Source: an uncultured Chitinophagaceae bacterium (GTDB lineage: Bacteria; Bacteroidota; Ignavibacteria; UBA10030; UBA8401). Taken from it: a stretch of DNA of 64,000 nucleotides. Position 1 is the first letter of the stretch, and every line of letters begins with the position of its first letter. Position numbers and translations under genes: made by a program. The notes under the pieces are model-generated. The model saw only the letters and a program-made list of their open reading frames with translations. It was not told the origin of the DNA and did not search any database. The stretch covers positions 80,645 to 144,644 of the forward strand of contig CAYPEM010000003.1 in the NCBI GenBank assembly GCA_964409765.1, in the 5' to 3' direction. This document shows positions 46,517 to 56,430 of the stretch, in pieces.

Positions 46517-47398
46517 TCATTTCGGAATTCTTCTACCGTATTGATTGGAGTTTACTTTTCGTTCAAAATAATTGAATGCTTCACGTGAAATATCTGTAAT
46601 GATCCTCGGACCATCCTCAGTGTGTTGAAGCATCTTTGTCATTACGCAAATGATATACGGATTATTTTCCAGATAAACGATGCCGACATCTGTTCGAACC
46701 CCTTCAACATCGCCACCTTTGTTTGCTATTGACACAGATGCAGCAATGCCGGATTTCAATGCACCGTCCTTATCTAATTTCAATAGTGAAATCATATCTT
46801 CACTTGCCTGTTTGTTTACCAATGTCCCATGATACATTTTCTCAAGGATTGTCATAACATCCTTTGGAGTACTGATGTTTTCTCTTCCTTCCTTCGCTGA
46901 TTGAATATCCATCATTACCCGTTGCAATTTTGTTTTTGTAGCACCATTTTTTTGAAGCGATTCGTTAACATTTTTCATCCCAACAAGGTCGATCAATAGA
47001 TTGGTTGCGGAATTATCGCTCAACACTATCATCAAAACACAATAGTCGCGAATGGAAAGAGAAACCGATTTGTCTCCCAGAGAAGCAAGGATCCCGCTAC
47101 CTCCGACTCGATAGGATGATTGTATTTGTCTGATATCCGTAAGATTGAACTTGCTTTCGGATGCTTGTTTATATACTTCTGACAGAATGTGAATTTTTAT
47201 TGAGCTTGCTTGAGGAAAAATTTCTTCTTCGTTGATGAGAATTTGTTCACCGGAACGAATATCTTTTATTGCAACACCAACCACTGCGTCGGCTTGTTCG
47301 ATGATATTTTTGATTTTTGAAACCATTTTTTCTTTTAATAAATCAGTTTGTGATAAAGAGAATTGGATCGTAATAATAAACAGAAGGAACTTGATCAT
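46517..47398 (-). CDS. Class A beta-lactamase-like serine hydrolase (secreted)
   Basis: Signal peptide MIKFLLFIITIQFSLSQ. SxxK (ASSIKI), SDN (LSDNSATN) and KGG (ANKGGD, in place of KTG) in the canonical order and spacing. Confidence 0.7.
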   Translation of the reverse strand: MIKFLLFIITIQFSLSQTDLLKEKMVSKIKNIIEQADAVVGVAIKDIRSGEQILINEEEIFPQASSIKIHILSEVYKQASESKFNLTDIRQIQSSYRVGGSGILASLGDKSVSLSIRDYCVLMIVLSDNSATNLLIDLVGMKNVNESLQKNGATKTKLQRVMMDIQSAKEGRENISTPKDVMTILEKMYHGTLVNKQASEDMISLLKLDKDGALKSGIAASVSIANKGGDVEGVRTDVGIVYLENNPYIICVMTKMLQHTEDGPRIITDISREAFNYFERKVNSNQYGRRIPK

Positions 47399-47482
47399 AC
47401 TATCTCCATTTTTGATACATGAATACTAAGGAAAGAGAAGTGGAAAAGCAAGGAAGTGAATTCATTGTTACACTGTGATCTA

Positions 47483-47527
47483 AGAAGAAGGTGAAGTCGT
47501 CAAAAAATTATGATTTCACCTTCTTCT
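47483..47527 (-). terminator. Hairpin just downstream of the FG-GAP gene stop (minus strand)
   Basis: Perfect 13-bp arms AGAAGAAGGTGAA / TTCACCTTCTTCT with a 19-nt loop. No clean U tract, so terminator function is tentative. Confidence 0.45.
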
Positions 47528-47533
47528 AATTAA

Positions 47534-49540
47534 TTACTTCATCAAAAGCATTTTTCGAGTTTGGATTGCAGAACCATTCTGAAGTTGGTAAAAATATATT
47601 CCACTCGGAAGATTATGAGCATACCATTGAATTGAATGATTTCCGCGAATCATTTGGGAATTGATGAGAGTAGCTATCTCTTTGCCAAGAATGTCAAAAA
47701 TCTTAAGAGAAACCATCCCGGTTTGTGTAATAGAAAAACGGATTGCAGTATTTGGATTGAATGGGTTAGGAAAATTTTGTTCCAAAGAAAAAACCATTGG
47801 TGAAAACTGAGCAGTCCGTTCAATCGAAGTTGGCAGCATATTCTTATAATAGGAGAAATTTCCACTGTATTCTCCCGTGATAAGATCTTTTCTTCCATCA
47901 CCATCCAGATCAGCAAAAGAAGGAGTAGAGCTTTGTGGTACTTTTATGTTTGAAAATAAGACATCGTTCTTTTCCCATTCCGGAATAGTTAGAGTTCCTG
48001 AATTCTCATAGTATGTTAGATCTCCGCTGATCCTTCCAAAGACGAGATCAATATCACCATCACTATCAACATCTGCAAAACAAGGGAAAGCGTAATTCGG
48101 TGCTACAATTCCATTGATCAAAGTTTGATCAACGATAAAAATATTTGAGCCGGAATTCCGATAAAATCTTGTTGAATCACCATCTTCGCCCGAAACTATC
48201 ATATCGATTTTTCCATCATTATTAAGGTCCGCAAATGATGGGGCACTTTGCCAACCGACATCAATACCGGTGAACATTGATACATTCAATGCAAAGACTC
48301 CATTGGTATTGATATAGGAATATAGTTTTCCGTCCAAAGCACCGGAAACAATATCAATGTCGCCATCAGCATCGATATCAACGAATCGGGGTGAACTGTA
48401 CGATCCGGCATCTATCGAAGTGAATGAGCTTGTCGTTTTTATAAAATCCGGTTTAGTGGATGTTCCATCATTTCTGAAGTATTGAAATCGTCCCAATTGA
48501 TCTCCGCTGATGATATCTTGATCACCATCATTATCAAAGTCAGCAAGTGAAGTGGTAGAACCTCCGCCGTCGATCCTGATCATCTGGAAATATGATGTGT
48601 TTCTAATAAGGGCAGGTGAAGTTACAGTACCAGTATTTTGATAATAGTATATTGAACCGTCGTCAGTACCATAAATAAGATCGTTGTCGCCATCTCCATC
48701 AAGATCGCAGATGGAAGGATTTTTCCAATATCTGGATGTTTCTATAGGTGAAACTAAAGTAGATGTTGAAGTCCACACTGGTGTTTGCATTGTTCCTGTA
48801 TTTCTATAATAGAGCATTGTTTGTAAATCGCGCCCCATCATCAGATCAAAATCACCATCATTGTCCATATCCTTAAAATATGGATATGCATTTAACCCAA
48901 CATCTGGAATTCCAGAGATGAGTGTATTATCCAGTGTAAACAACGGAGTGTACAAAGAGCCATTATTTCTAAATGCGATAGTTATCCCGGGAGTGACATC
49001 GCCATAAAATGATTCGCCGATTCCAATTACAAGGTCGTTATCACCATCATTATCCAGATCCGCAAATGATGGTTTGGCATCTGTTCCGATCATCGTATTG
49101 ACGGTTTTCATCATCGTAGTATCCTGTTCCCAAATAGGGTTGATGGAGTCTCCAATATTCCAATACAATAATACACCATTAAAACCACCGATCACAAGAT
49201 CGTTGTCATTATCGAAATCTAGATCAGCCAAAGCAGGATAATCTGCATTGGTAAATTGAAAACCATTAGCATAGATCGATGATAGAAGATTGGTATCACG
49301 CCGAAATAGAGGCGATTGAGCATTTCCCTTGTTGCGGAAGAATGCAACCCGTTCATCACTTAAAGTTCCAACAAAAAGATCAAGATCGCCATCCGAGTCT
49401 ATATCACAAAAATCGGGAGCAGAAAAACTTTGGACTGTTACGCCGAACGGACTGAAAACTGAATCGATCTTAAGCCAATATTGCGCTTGAGCAATTGTTG
49501 TGAAAATAGATAAAATGATCAGTGGATAGAAAAGTTTCAT
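47534..49540 (-). CDS. FG-GAP/VCBS-repeat beta-propeller protein with T9SS C-terminal sorting domain
   Basis: Signal peptide MKLFYPLIILSIFTTIAQA. At least 9 repeats of the Ca-binding-type motif DxDxDGDxDL (DIDSDGDLDL, DLDNDGDNDL, DMDNDGDFDL, DLDGDGDNDL, DFDNDGDQDI, DIDADGDIDI, DVDSDGDIDL, DLDGDGRKDL). C-terminus LEQNFPNPFNPNTAIRF...GIYFYQL. Confidence 0.85.
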   Translation of the reverse strand: MKLFYPLIILSIFTTIAQAQYWLKIDSVFSPFGVTVQSFSAPDFCDIDSDGDLDLFVGTLSDERVAFFRNKGNAQSPLFRRDTNLLSSIYANGFQFTNADYPALADLDFDNDNDLVIGGFNGVLLYWNIGDSINPIWEQDTTMMKTVNTMIGTDAKPSFADLDNDGDNDLVIGIGESFYGDVTPGITIAFRNNGSLYTPLFTLDNTLISGIPDVGLNAYPYFKDMDNDGDFDLMMGRDLQTMLYYRNTGTMQTPVWTSTSTLVSPIETSRYWKNPSICDLDGDGDNDLIYGTDDGSIYYYQNTGTVTSPALIRNTSYFQMIRIDGGGSTTSLADFDNDGDQDIISGDQLGRFQYFRNDGTSTKPDFIKTTSSFTSIDAGSYSSPRFVDIDADGDIDIVSGALDGKLYSYINTNGVFALNVSMFTGIDVGWQSAPSFADLNNDGKIDMIVSGEDGDSTRFYRNSGSNIFIVDQTLINGIVAPNYAFPCFADVDSDGDIDLVFGRISGDLTYYENSGTLTIPEWEKNDVLFSNIKVPQSSTPSFADLDGDGRKDLITGEYSGNFSYYKNMLPTSIERTAQFSPMVFSLEQNFPNPFNPNTAIRFSITQTGMVSLKIFDILGKEIATLINSQMIRGNHSIQWYAHNLPSGIYFYQLQNGSAIQTRKMLLMK
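47537..47793 (-). other. T9SS C-terminal sorting domain of the FG-GAP protein
   Basis: LEQNFPNPFNPNTAIRFSI...LKIFDILGKEIATLI...LPSGIYFYQL...RKMLLMK. Confidence 0.8.
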
Positions 49541-49717
49541 AATTATTGCCCTTTGTGTATTTGTAATTCTTATGAAGAAGAGGTGCTATAAGATCCATTA
49601 TTAAACTTGAAAAAGATTAGAAGAAAAGCAAGAAACTGTTATTTCAATTTCAATGAATAAGTTCATTCTTGTTTCGTTGCGATTCATAGACATTTTGGCT
49701 ATTTTCCATAACGGACG

Positions 49718-50611
49718 ATGAAACAACATACGACACAAACCATCACTCTTCAAAGGCTCTTGATTCTTCATTCGGATTATCTGAATGAACTGAGCAAACG
49801 AAATCCGGAAACGCGCGGAACATACGAACGCACGCTTCGGGAATTTATGCGTTGGGTTCGTTTGGAACCTGAGTTTGAATGTTCATCAAAAGAAATTGAA
49901 CGCTATAAAAAGTTCTTATTAACGAAACGGAAATTATCACCCGTTTCAGTAACAATGTATCTTTCATCGGTTCGAAAATTTTTTGATTTTCTTGTTTCCC
50001 ACGGAGTGTTGTTTTCAAATCCGGCAAAAGCAGTTAAAGGAGGGGAAACAAACCCACAGCATTCACGGAAAAGTATTTCCATTCACGAAGTTCAATTGCT
50101 CATTCAAGCGATTGAAAGAAAAGATGAGATAGGCTTCAGAGATTTTGCAGTGGTGAAACTGATGGTCACTTGCGGACTTTCCGAGATAGAATTGATCCGT
50201 GCTGATATTGGTGATCTAAAAACGAAAAAAGGAATTATGAATCTTTCTCTACAATTGAAAGGGAAGAAGACAAAAGGACAAAGCACTGACATTCCTAAAG
50301 AAACAAAAGATGCAATAAAGAGTTACTTGGCATTTAGAACCAATGCTAAAGAAACTGAACCTCTTTTTATGAGCGCCGGAAACAGAACCCGCGGTATGAG
50401 AATGACTTCAAGAGGTATCCGTGAAAGGATCAATTTTTATTTGGAGAAATCCGGAATTAAGAATGGTGAAGCACGAAAAATTACGGCATTGTCTTTACGT
50501 TTGACAGCAATTAAAACTATGGCTGAACAGGGTGCAAGCGTTAATGAAATTCGTAAAAAATTTCATATAGTAAAAGAACAGACTGTTCAGCGTTATTTGG
50601 AGCATACATAA
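49718..50611 (+). CDS. Tyrosine-recombinase-like (XerC/XerD fold) protein with a degenerate catalytic set
   Basis: SAM-like N-domain (TRGTYERTLREFMRW...SVTMYLSSVRKFFDFLVSHGVL..NPA) and a C-domain collinear with XerD. By-eye alignment puts Ser at Arg-I (TCGLSEIEL vs ATGLRVSEL) and Leu at both His of HxLRH (LSLRL). The box II Arg, the late His and the Tyr (FHIVKEQTVQRY) are retained. Confidence 0.6.
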   Translation: MKQHTTQTITLQRLLILHSDYLNELSKRNPETRGTYERTLREFMRWVRLEPEFECSSKEIERYKKFLLTKRKLSPVSVTMYLSSVRKFFDFLVSHGVLFSNPAKAVKGGETNPQHSRKSISIHEVQLLIQAIERKDEIGFRDFAVVKLMVTCGLSEIELIRADIGDLKTKKGIMNLSLQLKGKKTKGQSTDIPKETKDAIKSYLAFRTNAKETEPLFMSAGNRTRGMRMTSRGIRERINFYLEKSGIKNGEARKITALSLRLTAIKTMAEQGASVNEIRKKFHIVKEQTVQRYLEHT

Positions 50612-50633
50612 TAATCTTCGATGGAGAAAAATT

Positions 50634-51092
50634 ATGAAACAAATGTCCATGCTGTTCATCAGCATATTGATATTCGGTTGTTCATCATCAAAACCATTGT
50701 TCGAGATTAAAGAGGCGGAAATTCCTTCCGGAACTTGGCTGATCTACGAAGGCACTCTTCCATGTGCAGATTGCAGTGAGATTAAAACACGGTTGGAAAT
50801 TCTTATCGATTATTCTAATCCGGAGCCTCCATTTATTCTCAAACAGGCATATATCGGCTCCAAAGATGAAGATAAGACAGCTATTACACATGGTGTGTAT
50901 GGAACACTAAAAGAGACATACCGGCAAAATGATGCTACAGTATATGAACTCAATCCAGATAAGCCAAAAGAAACTATATATTTTCTTCGGATAAATGATG
51001 ATACTCTGAAAATGCTCAATCGTGAAATTAAAGAGATAAAATCCGATCTCAATTACAATCTTATTCGAACAGAAACATTAAAAGAACGATAG
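50634..51092 (+). CDS. NlpE N-terminal-domain lipoprotein (copper/envelope-stress family)
   Basis: Lipobox LIFGC|SSS. YEGTLPCADCSEIKTRLEI matches the NlpE_N CxxC signature (Y-G-LPCADC-GI). 152 aa. Confidence 0.7.
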   Translation: MKQMSMLFISILIFGCSSSKPLFEIKEAEIPSGTWLIYEGTLPCADCSEIKTRLEILIDYSNPEPPFILKQAYIGSKDEDKTAITHGVYGTLKETYRQNDATVYELNPDKPKETIYFLRINDDTLKMLNREIKEIKSDLNYNLIRTETLKER

Positions 51093-51140
51093 TACACTGA
51101 AACCATAAATTCTCTAAACACTAAAACCAAAAGTTGATTA

Positions 51141-53750
51141 ATGATCTATAACTTTACCGACATAGAAAAAAAATGGCAGCAATACTGGGATAAACACCAA
51201 ACGTATAGAACCGTTGAAGATCCTGATAAGAAAAAATTATTTATTCTTGATATGTTTCCATATCCAAGCGGGGCAGGATTACATGTCGGACATCCCGAAG
51301 GATATACTGCCACCGATATTTTCACTCGCTTTCAACGATTGAATGGAGTCAACGTTCTTCATCCGATGGGCTGGGATGCATTTGGTCTTCCTGCAGAACG
51401 ATATGCGATGCAGACCAATATTCATCCTTCAGTTACTACTGAGCAAAATATCAACAACTTCCGCCGTCAAATTAAATTGCTGGGACTTAGTTATGATTGG
51501 GAACGGGAAATCAATACGACTGATCCCGCATATTATAAATGGACACAATGGATCTTTTTAAAGATCTATGATTCGTGGTATGATTTCCGTGTACAAAAAG
51601 CTCGTTCTATCTCCGAACTCATTTCAGAATTCAAACAATCCGGTTGTTCTAACATCGACTGCACATTGTATTGCGGAAATAATGACTGCTGTTTCACTGC
51701 AAGCGGATGGAATGCAATGAGTGAATTGGAACAACAAAACGTATTGAAGGATTTTCGACTTGCATACATCGCAGAAATTCCGGTGAACTGGTGTGAAGGT
51801 TTGGGAACTGTTCTTGCCAACGAAGAAGTAGATGAGTGGACAGAAAAAGGTTATACTGTCGAACGTCGGCCAATGCGTCAATGGATGATGCGCATTACGT
51901 CATATTGCGAGAGATTTCTTGAAGATGCCAAAATACTTGATTGGCCTGCATCGACTTTAGAAATGCAGAAAAATTGGATCGGTCGTTCGGAAGGTGCTGA
52001 AGTAGATTTTGCAATTGCCGATAGTTCGGAAAAAATTCGAATCTTTACAACTCGTCCGGATACGATTTTCGGTGCAACCTATATGGTCCTCGCACCGGAG
52101 CATCCCCTTGTTGAGTCGGTAACTATTTCTGAGAAGAAAGATGAAGTTGCTCAGTACCGTAAACAAGCATCACTGAAATCCGAACTTGACCGTGGTATGG
52201 ATAAAAATAAAACCGGTGTGTTCACCGGCGGTTATGCAATAAATCCTGCAAATGGAAAACAGATCCCGATCTGGATTGCAGATTATGTCTTAATGGGATA
52301 TGGTTTTGGTGCGATCATGGCAGTACCGGCACACGATGAGCGTGATTGGGAATTTGCCAAAAAATATTCGCTGCAAATCATTGAAGTTGTCAAATCTCCG
52401 GTTGATGTGAACGAAAAAGTATTTGTTGCAAAAGATGAACCGTGTGTAAATTCATCGAATAATGAACTTAACATCAACGGATTATCGTACGACAATGCAT
52501 TTTCGAAAATTGTCGGATGGTTTGAAGAAAAAGGAATCGGTAAGAAGAAAGTAAATTTCAAATTACGTGATTGGCTTTTTGCACGTCAGCGATATTGGGG
52601 TGAACCTATTCCGATCATTCATTGGGACGATGGAACAATGAGTTCGCTAGAGGAGAAAGAACTTCCTCTTGTTCTTCCGAATCTGGAAAAATTCCAACCA
52701 AGCGGAACAACGGAATCTCCTCTTGCGCTTGCAACTGAGTGGGTAAATGTCATCGATCCAAAAACAGGGAAAAAAGGACGACGTGAAACAAACACGATGC
52801 CTCAATGGGGAGGGAGTTGCTGGTATTATCTCCGATTTATCGATCCGAAGAATGATTCGATTTTCTGTGATCTTGAAAAACAAAAATATTGGATGCCGGT
52901 CGATCTGTATGTCGGTGGTTCTGAACATACAGTTCTTCATTTATTGTATGCACGTTTTTGGCATAAAGTGTTGTTCGATCTTGGCTATGTCACAACAACT
53001 GAGCCGTTCATGAAATTACGTCACCAAGGAATTATTCTTGGTGAAAATTCCAAAAAGATGTCGAAGTCTCTCGGCAATGTAGTCAATCCGGATGATGTGG
53101 TAAAAGAGTACGGTGCTGATGCACTGCGATTGTTCGAAATGTTTATGGGACCATTGGAAGAGATGAAACCATGGAGCACCAAAGGTGTTGAAGGTGTATT
53201 CCGTTTTCTTAATCGAGTCTGGAGATTGTATGTGAACGAAGATGGGACCGTGAATTTACTTTTAACTGACAATGAACCAACAACTGAATTTCTTCGCAGC
53301 TTTCATCAAACCGTAAAGAAAGTAACGGAGGATGTACCGGCATTGCGATTTAATACTGCAATTTCACAGATGATGATCTTCATCAATGAAGCGTACAAAC
53401 AAGAAACTCTCCCTAAAAAATTGATGAGGGATTTCCTTGTCGTTCTTGCTCCATTTGCACCGCATATTACGGAAGAATTATGGAATATTCTTGGAAGCAA
53501 AGAATCGATCTTCACATCGGCTCAATGGATCAAGTATGATGAAAAGCTGACCGTGACCAGTGAAGTGGAAATTGTGGTTCAGGTGAACGGGAAGATCCGT
53601 GCAAAATTCAACGTGCCGACCGGTTCAAATGAAAATGATCTTAAAGCGTTGGCACACGCTGAAACAAATGTAAAATTGTATGTCGATGGAAAAAAGATCG
53701 TTAAAGAGATTGTTGTAAAAAATAAACTGGTGAATATCGTCGTCCAATGA
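51141..53750 (+). CDS. leuS: Leucine--tRNA ligase
   Basis: Class I HIGH ([16 protein letters not shown]) and KMSKS (KKMSKSLGN). CP1 editing domain. 869 aa. Confidence 0.97.
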   Translation: MIYNFTDIEKKWQQYWDKHQTYRTVEDPDKKKLFILDMFPYPSGAGLHVGHPEGYTATDIFTRFQRLNGVNVLHPMGWDAFGLPAERYAMQTNIHPSVTTEQNINNFRRQIKLLGLSYDWEREINTTDPAYYKWTQWIFLKIYDSWYDFRVQKARSISELISEFKQSGCSNIDCTLYCGNNDCCFTASGWNAMSELEQQNVLKDFRLAYIAEIPVNWCEGLGTVLANEEVDEWTEKGYTVERRPMRQWMMRITSYCERFLEDAKILDWPASTLEMQKNWIGRSEGAEVDFAIADSSEKIRIFTTRPDTIFGATYMVLAPEHPLVESVTISEKKDEVAQYRKQASLKSELDRGMDKNKTGVFTGGYAINPANGKQIPIWIADYVLMGYGFGAIMAVPAHDERDWEFAKKYSLQIIEVVKSPVDVNEKVFVAKDEPCVNSSNNELNINGLSYDNAFSKIVGWFEEKGIGKKKVNFKLRDWLFARQRYWGEPIPIIHWDDGTMSSLEEKELPLVLPNLEKFQPSGTTESPLALATEWVNVIDPKTGKKGRRETNTMPQWGGSCWYYLRFIDPKNDSIFCDLEKQKYWMPVDLYVGGSEHTVLHLLYARFWHKVLFDLGYVTTTEPFMKLRHQGIILGENSKKMSKSLGNVVNPDDVVKEYGADALRLFEMFMGPLEEMKPWSTKGVEGVFRFLNRVWRLYVNEDGTVNLLLTDNEPTTEFLRSFHQTVKKVTEDVPALRFNTAISQMMIFINEAYKQETLPKKLMRDFLVVLAPFAPHITEELWNILGSKESIFTSAQWIKYDEKLTVTSEVEIVVQVNGKIRAKFNVPTGSNENDLKALAHAETNVKLYVDGKKIVKEIVVKNKLVNIVVQ

Positions 53751-54553
53751 TTTCCGTTATCGTCATAACAAAGAATGAAGAGAAAAATATTGAGCGCTGT
53801 TTAAAAAGCGTTCAATGGGCTGATGAAATTATTGTAATTGACGCAGATAGTTCTGACCGAACTGTGAACATTGCGAAATCTTTGCACGCAAAGGTGATAG
53901 TTAAGCAGTGGGAAGGTTTTGCAAAACAAAAAGAATTTGCATTACATCTTGCGGCCAATGAATGGATATTTTCAATTGATGCAGATGAAGAGGTGACTCT
54001 TGAATTGAAAGAAGAGATTCTGCAGACCATTAAACACCCTAATGCGTTGAACGGCTACGAAGTTCCGAGAAAAAGTTATTTTCTCGACCGATGGATAAAA
54101 AATGGCGGATGGTATCCGGGATTTCAGCTTCGTCTTTTTAGAAAATCTAAAACACGTATGAATCACCGTCCTGTTCATGAAGGTTTTTTGGTGGATGGAT
54201 TGATGGGGATGCTAAAGTCAGATCTTAATCATTATACATATCATTCTTTACATCACTACATTGAAAAAATGAATGACTATTCATCGCTCGATGTGTTAAA
54301 TAAGATAGGAACCGGTAGGACCATTCATTGGTATAATTTTATCCTGAATCCATTATCGGTCTTTTTACGGATGTTTATTTCTTTACATGGATATAGAGAC
54401 GGGATCTATGGTTTTCTTCTTGCATTTTATTCAGCGTTACATTCATTGTCGATCTATTCAAAATGCTGGGAATATCAAACAGCACAACAGCGAGGAACCG
54501 ATATGCCGCCGGTTTCAGCTGAAACTATTTCAGCGTATAAACGGCAATCATAG
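53747..54553 (+). CDS. Family 2 glycosyltransferase (LPS-core WaaE/KdtX-like)
   Basis: [38 protein letters not shown] and DADE motif. Overlaps the leuS stop (ATGA). Paralog of 57584-58342. Confidence 0.8.
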   Translation: MISVIVITKNEEKNIERCLKSVQWADEIIVIDADSSDRTVNIAKSLHAKVIVKQWEGFAKQKEFALHLAANEWIFSIDADEEVTLELKEEILQTIKHPNALNGYEVPRKSYFLDRWIKNGGWYPGFQLRLFRKSKTRMNHRPVHEGFLVDGLMGMLKSDLNHYTYHSLHHYIEKMNDYSSLDVLNKIGTGRTIHWYNFILNPLSVFLRMFISLHGYRDGIYGFLLAFYSALHSLSIYSKCWEYQTAQQRGTDMPPVSAETISAYKRQS

Positions 54554-54570
54554 TTATTGAGAAACAGATA

Positions 54571-56430
54571 ATGAGAATTTTCTTTAGAATATTACGATAT
54601 GTAAGACCATATTGGCGGACATTAGCGCTTTCAATTGCATGTACATTTATGTTCTCCATTTTTAGTGTTTCATCAATTTATTTGACAATTCCATTGCTGG
54701 AAACATTATTCGATCAAACTCCCATGGAGATCGGCGCTACCCAAACCCCTCCGAAATATCAGCTTGTACCAAATGAATTCATCAATGGAAAACAATTTGT
54801 TGAAAACTCTATTCGTAATTTTTTGTTTGATGGAACAAAATCAGAAGCATTATTCAAGATCTGCGGATTGATCTTTGCAGTATTTTTCTTTAAGAATATT
54901 TTTGATTACTGCCAATCCTATCTTATGGCATTGGTCGAACAAAGCCTCATGCGCGATCTCAGAAATTCTCTCTACGAGCATCTTCATAATTTATCGCTCA
55001 GTTATTTTAGTAATGAACGAACCGGGAATCTGATCTCTCGTGTAACGAATGATGTCAATGTTGTTAATGGAGGAGTTTCAGCAACATTTGTCACGCTGGT
55101 CAAAGAGCCGCTGTTGATCATTTTCTTTTTAACAATGGCATTTATTTTAAGCTGGAAACTGACATTGTTGGCATTCATTGTTTTTCCGTTGATCTTATTG
55201 ATCATCTCCGGAATAGGATTACGTCTTCACAAACAAAGCGGACTGATGCAGGAAAAAATGGCTGATATCACTGTCGTGCTCCAGGAAACAATTTCCAATG
55301 TGAAAGTCGTGAAAGCTTTTACGATGGAGGATTTTGAAAATAAAAAATTCAGGAAAGAGACACAGAGTTATTTCAGAACAATCTTAAAGATGACCAGAAT
55401 CCGAAATCTTTCATCGCCGTCAACAGAATTACTTTCCATTTTTGCCGGTGCAGTGATTATATGGTACGGCGGACAGCAAGTGTTGATTACCGGAGAAATG
55501 AAAGCAGCAGAATTTATCGGTTTTTTGATGATGGTATTTCAAATCATGCCTCCCGTTAAAGATTTAGCGAGTGTCAACAATCGTTTACAGGAATTTTCAG
55601 CTGCAGGGAAAAGGATATTTGAAATCCTTGATACCAAACCCGCAATCCGAAATGTTGAAAGTCCAATTATTCTTTCAAAAATAGATTCTACAATAGAGTT
55701 TGACAAAGTCTCTTTTGGATATGCTGCTGAGAATGGAGAGCAACGGATTGTTCTTGATGAAATCAATGTGAAAATACGCAAAGGAGAATTAATTGCTCTT
55801 GTGGGTCCGAGTGGCAGCGGTAAAACGACATTTGTTGATCTTATTCCCCGATTCTACGATCCGGTCAAAGGATCGATCATGATTGACGGAGAAGATATCA
55901 AACACTTCGATGTTAAATCTCTAAGAGAGAAGATTGGCATAGTGACGCAAGAAACAATTCTGTTCAATGATACTGTCCGAAATAATATTGCGTATGGATT
56001 GGAAGATTGTCCGATTGAAACGATCAGAGATGCTGCAAAATCAGCCAATGCTCTTTCATTTATTGATGAAATGCCAAATGGGTTTTATTCTATCATCGGA
56101 GACCGAGGCGTAAAATTATCCGGTGGTCAACGTCAGCGATTATCGATCGCCCGCGCTTTGCTCAAAAATCCACCGATTATGATCTTTGATGAAGCCACAT
56201 CGGCGCTGGATTCTGAAAGTGAGATACTTGTTCAGGAAGCCATGGAGCGGTTAATGCAAAATAGAACATCATTTGTTATTGCTCATCGACTTTCAACGAT
56301 CAGAAATGCAGATCGTATCATAGTGCTTGAACAAGGAAAGATCGTTCAAGAGGGAAAGCACGTTGAATTATTAAAACAAAAGAATGGACTTTATAAAAAA
56401 CTTCATGATATGCAGTTTGCACAACAATGA
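54571..56430 (+). CDS. msbA: Lipid A/LPS-core exporter-type ABC transporter (MsbA-like, fused TMD-NBD)
   Basis: 6-TM exporter domain followed by the NBD: GPSGSGKTT, LSGGQRQRLSIARA, IMIFDEATSALD, IAHRLSTI. Sits among LPS genes. Confidence 0.8.
   Translation: MRIFFRILRYVRPYWRTLALSIACTFMFSIFSVSSIYLTIPLLETLFDQTPMEIGATQTPPKYQLVPNEFINGKQFVENSIRNFLFDGTKSEALFKICGLIFAVFFFKNIFDYCQSYLMALVEQSLMRDLRNSLYEHLHNLSLSYFSNERTGNLISRVTNDVNVVNGGVSATFVTLVKEPLLIIFFLTMAFILSWKLTLLAFIVFPLILLIISGIGLRLHKQSGLMQEKMADITVVLQETISNVKVVKAFTMEDFENKKFRKETQSYFRTILKMTRIRNLSSPSTELLSIFAGAVIIWYGGQQVLITGEMKAAEFIGFLMMVFQIMPPVKDLASVNNRLQEFSAAGKRIFEILDTKPAIRNVESPIILSKIDSTIEFDKVSFGYAAENGEQRIVLDEINVKIRKGELIALVGPSGSGKTTFVDLIPRFYDPVKGSIMIDGEDIKHFDVKSLREKIGIVTQETILFNDTVRNNIAYGLEDCPIETIRDAAKSANALSFIDEMPNGFYSIIGDRGVKLSGGQRQRLSIARALLKNPPIMIFDEATSALDSESEILVQEAMERLMQNRTSFVIAHRLSTIRNADRIIVLEQGKIVQEGKHVELLKQKNGLYKKLHDMQFAQQ

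Noticed and set aside
47900-49450. Periodic DNA repeats (roughly every 200 nt) that could suggest a tandem repeat or CRISPR-like array
   Set aside because: The periodicity is the protein-level FG-GAP/VCBS repeat (DxDxDGDxD) within one long intact ORF. The DNA copies are divergent, with no unique spacers between identical repeats.
49541-50611. Integrase-like gene as marker of an integrated mobile element or genomic island
   Set aside because: I could see no flanking direct repeats, no adjacent tRNA, no phage, transposase or conjugation genes, and no compositional break. The neighbours are ordinary chromosomal genes. It is treated instead as a chromosomal Xer-like derivative.
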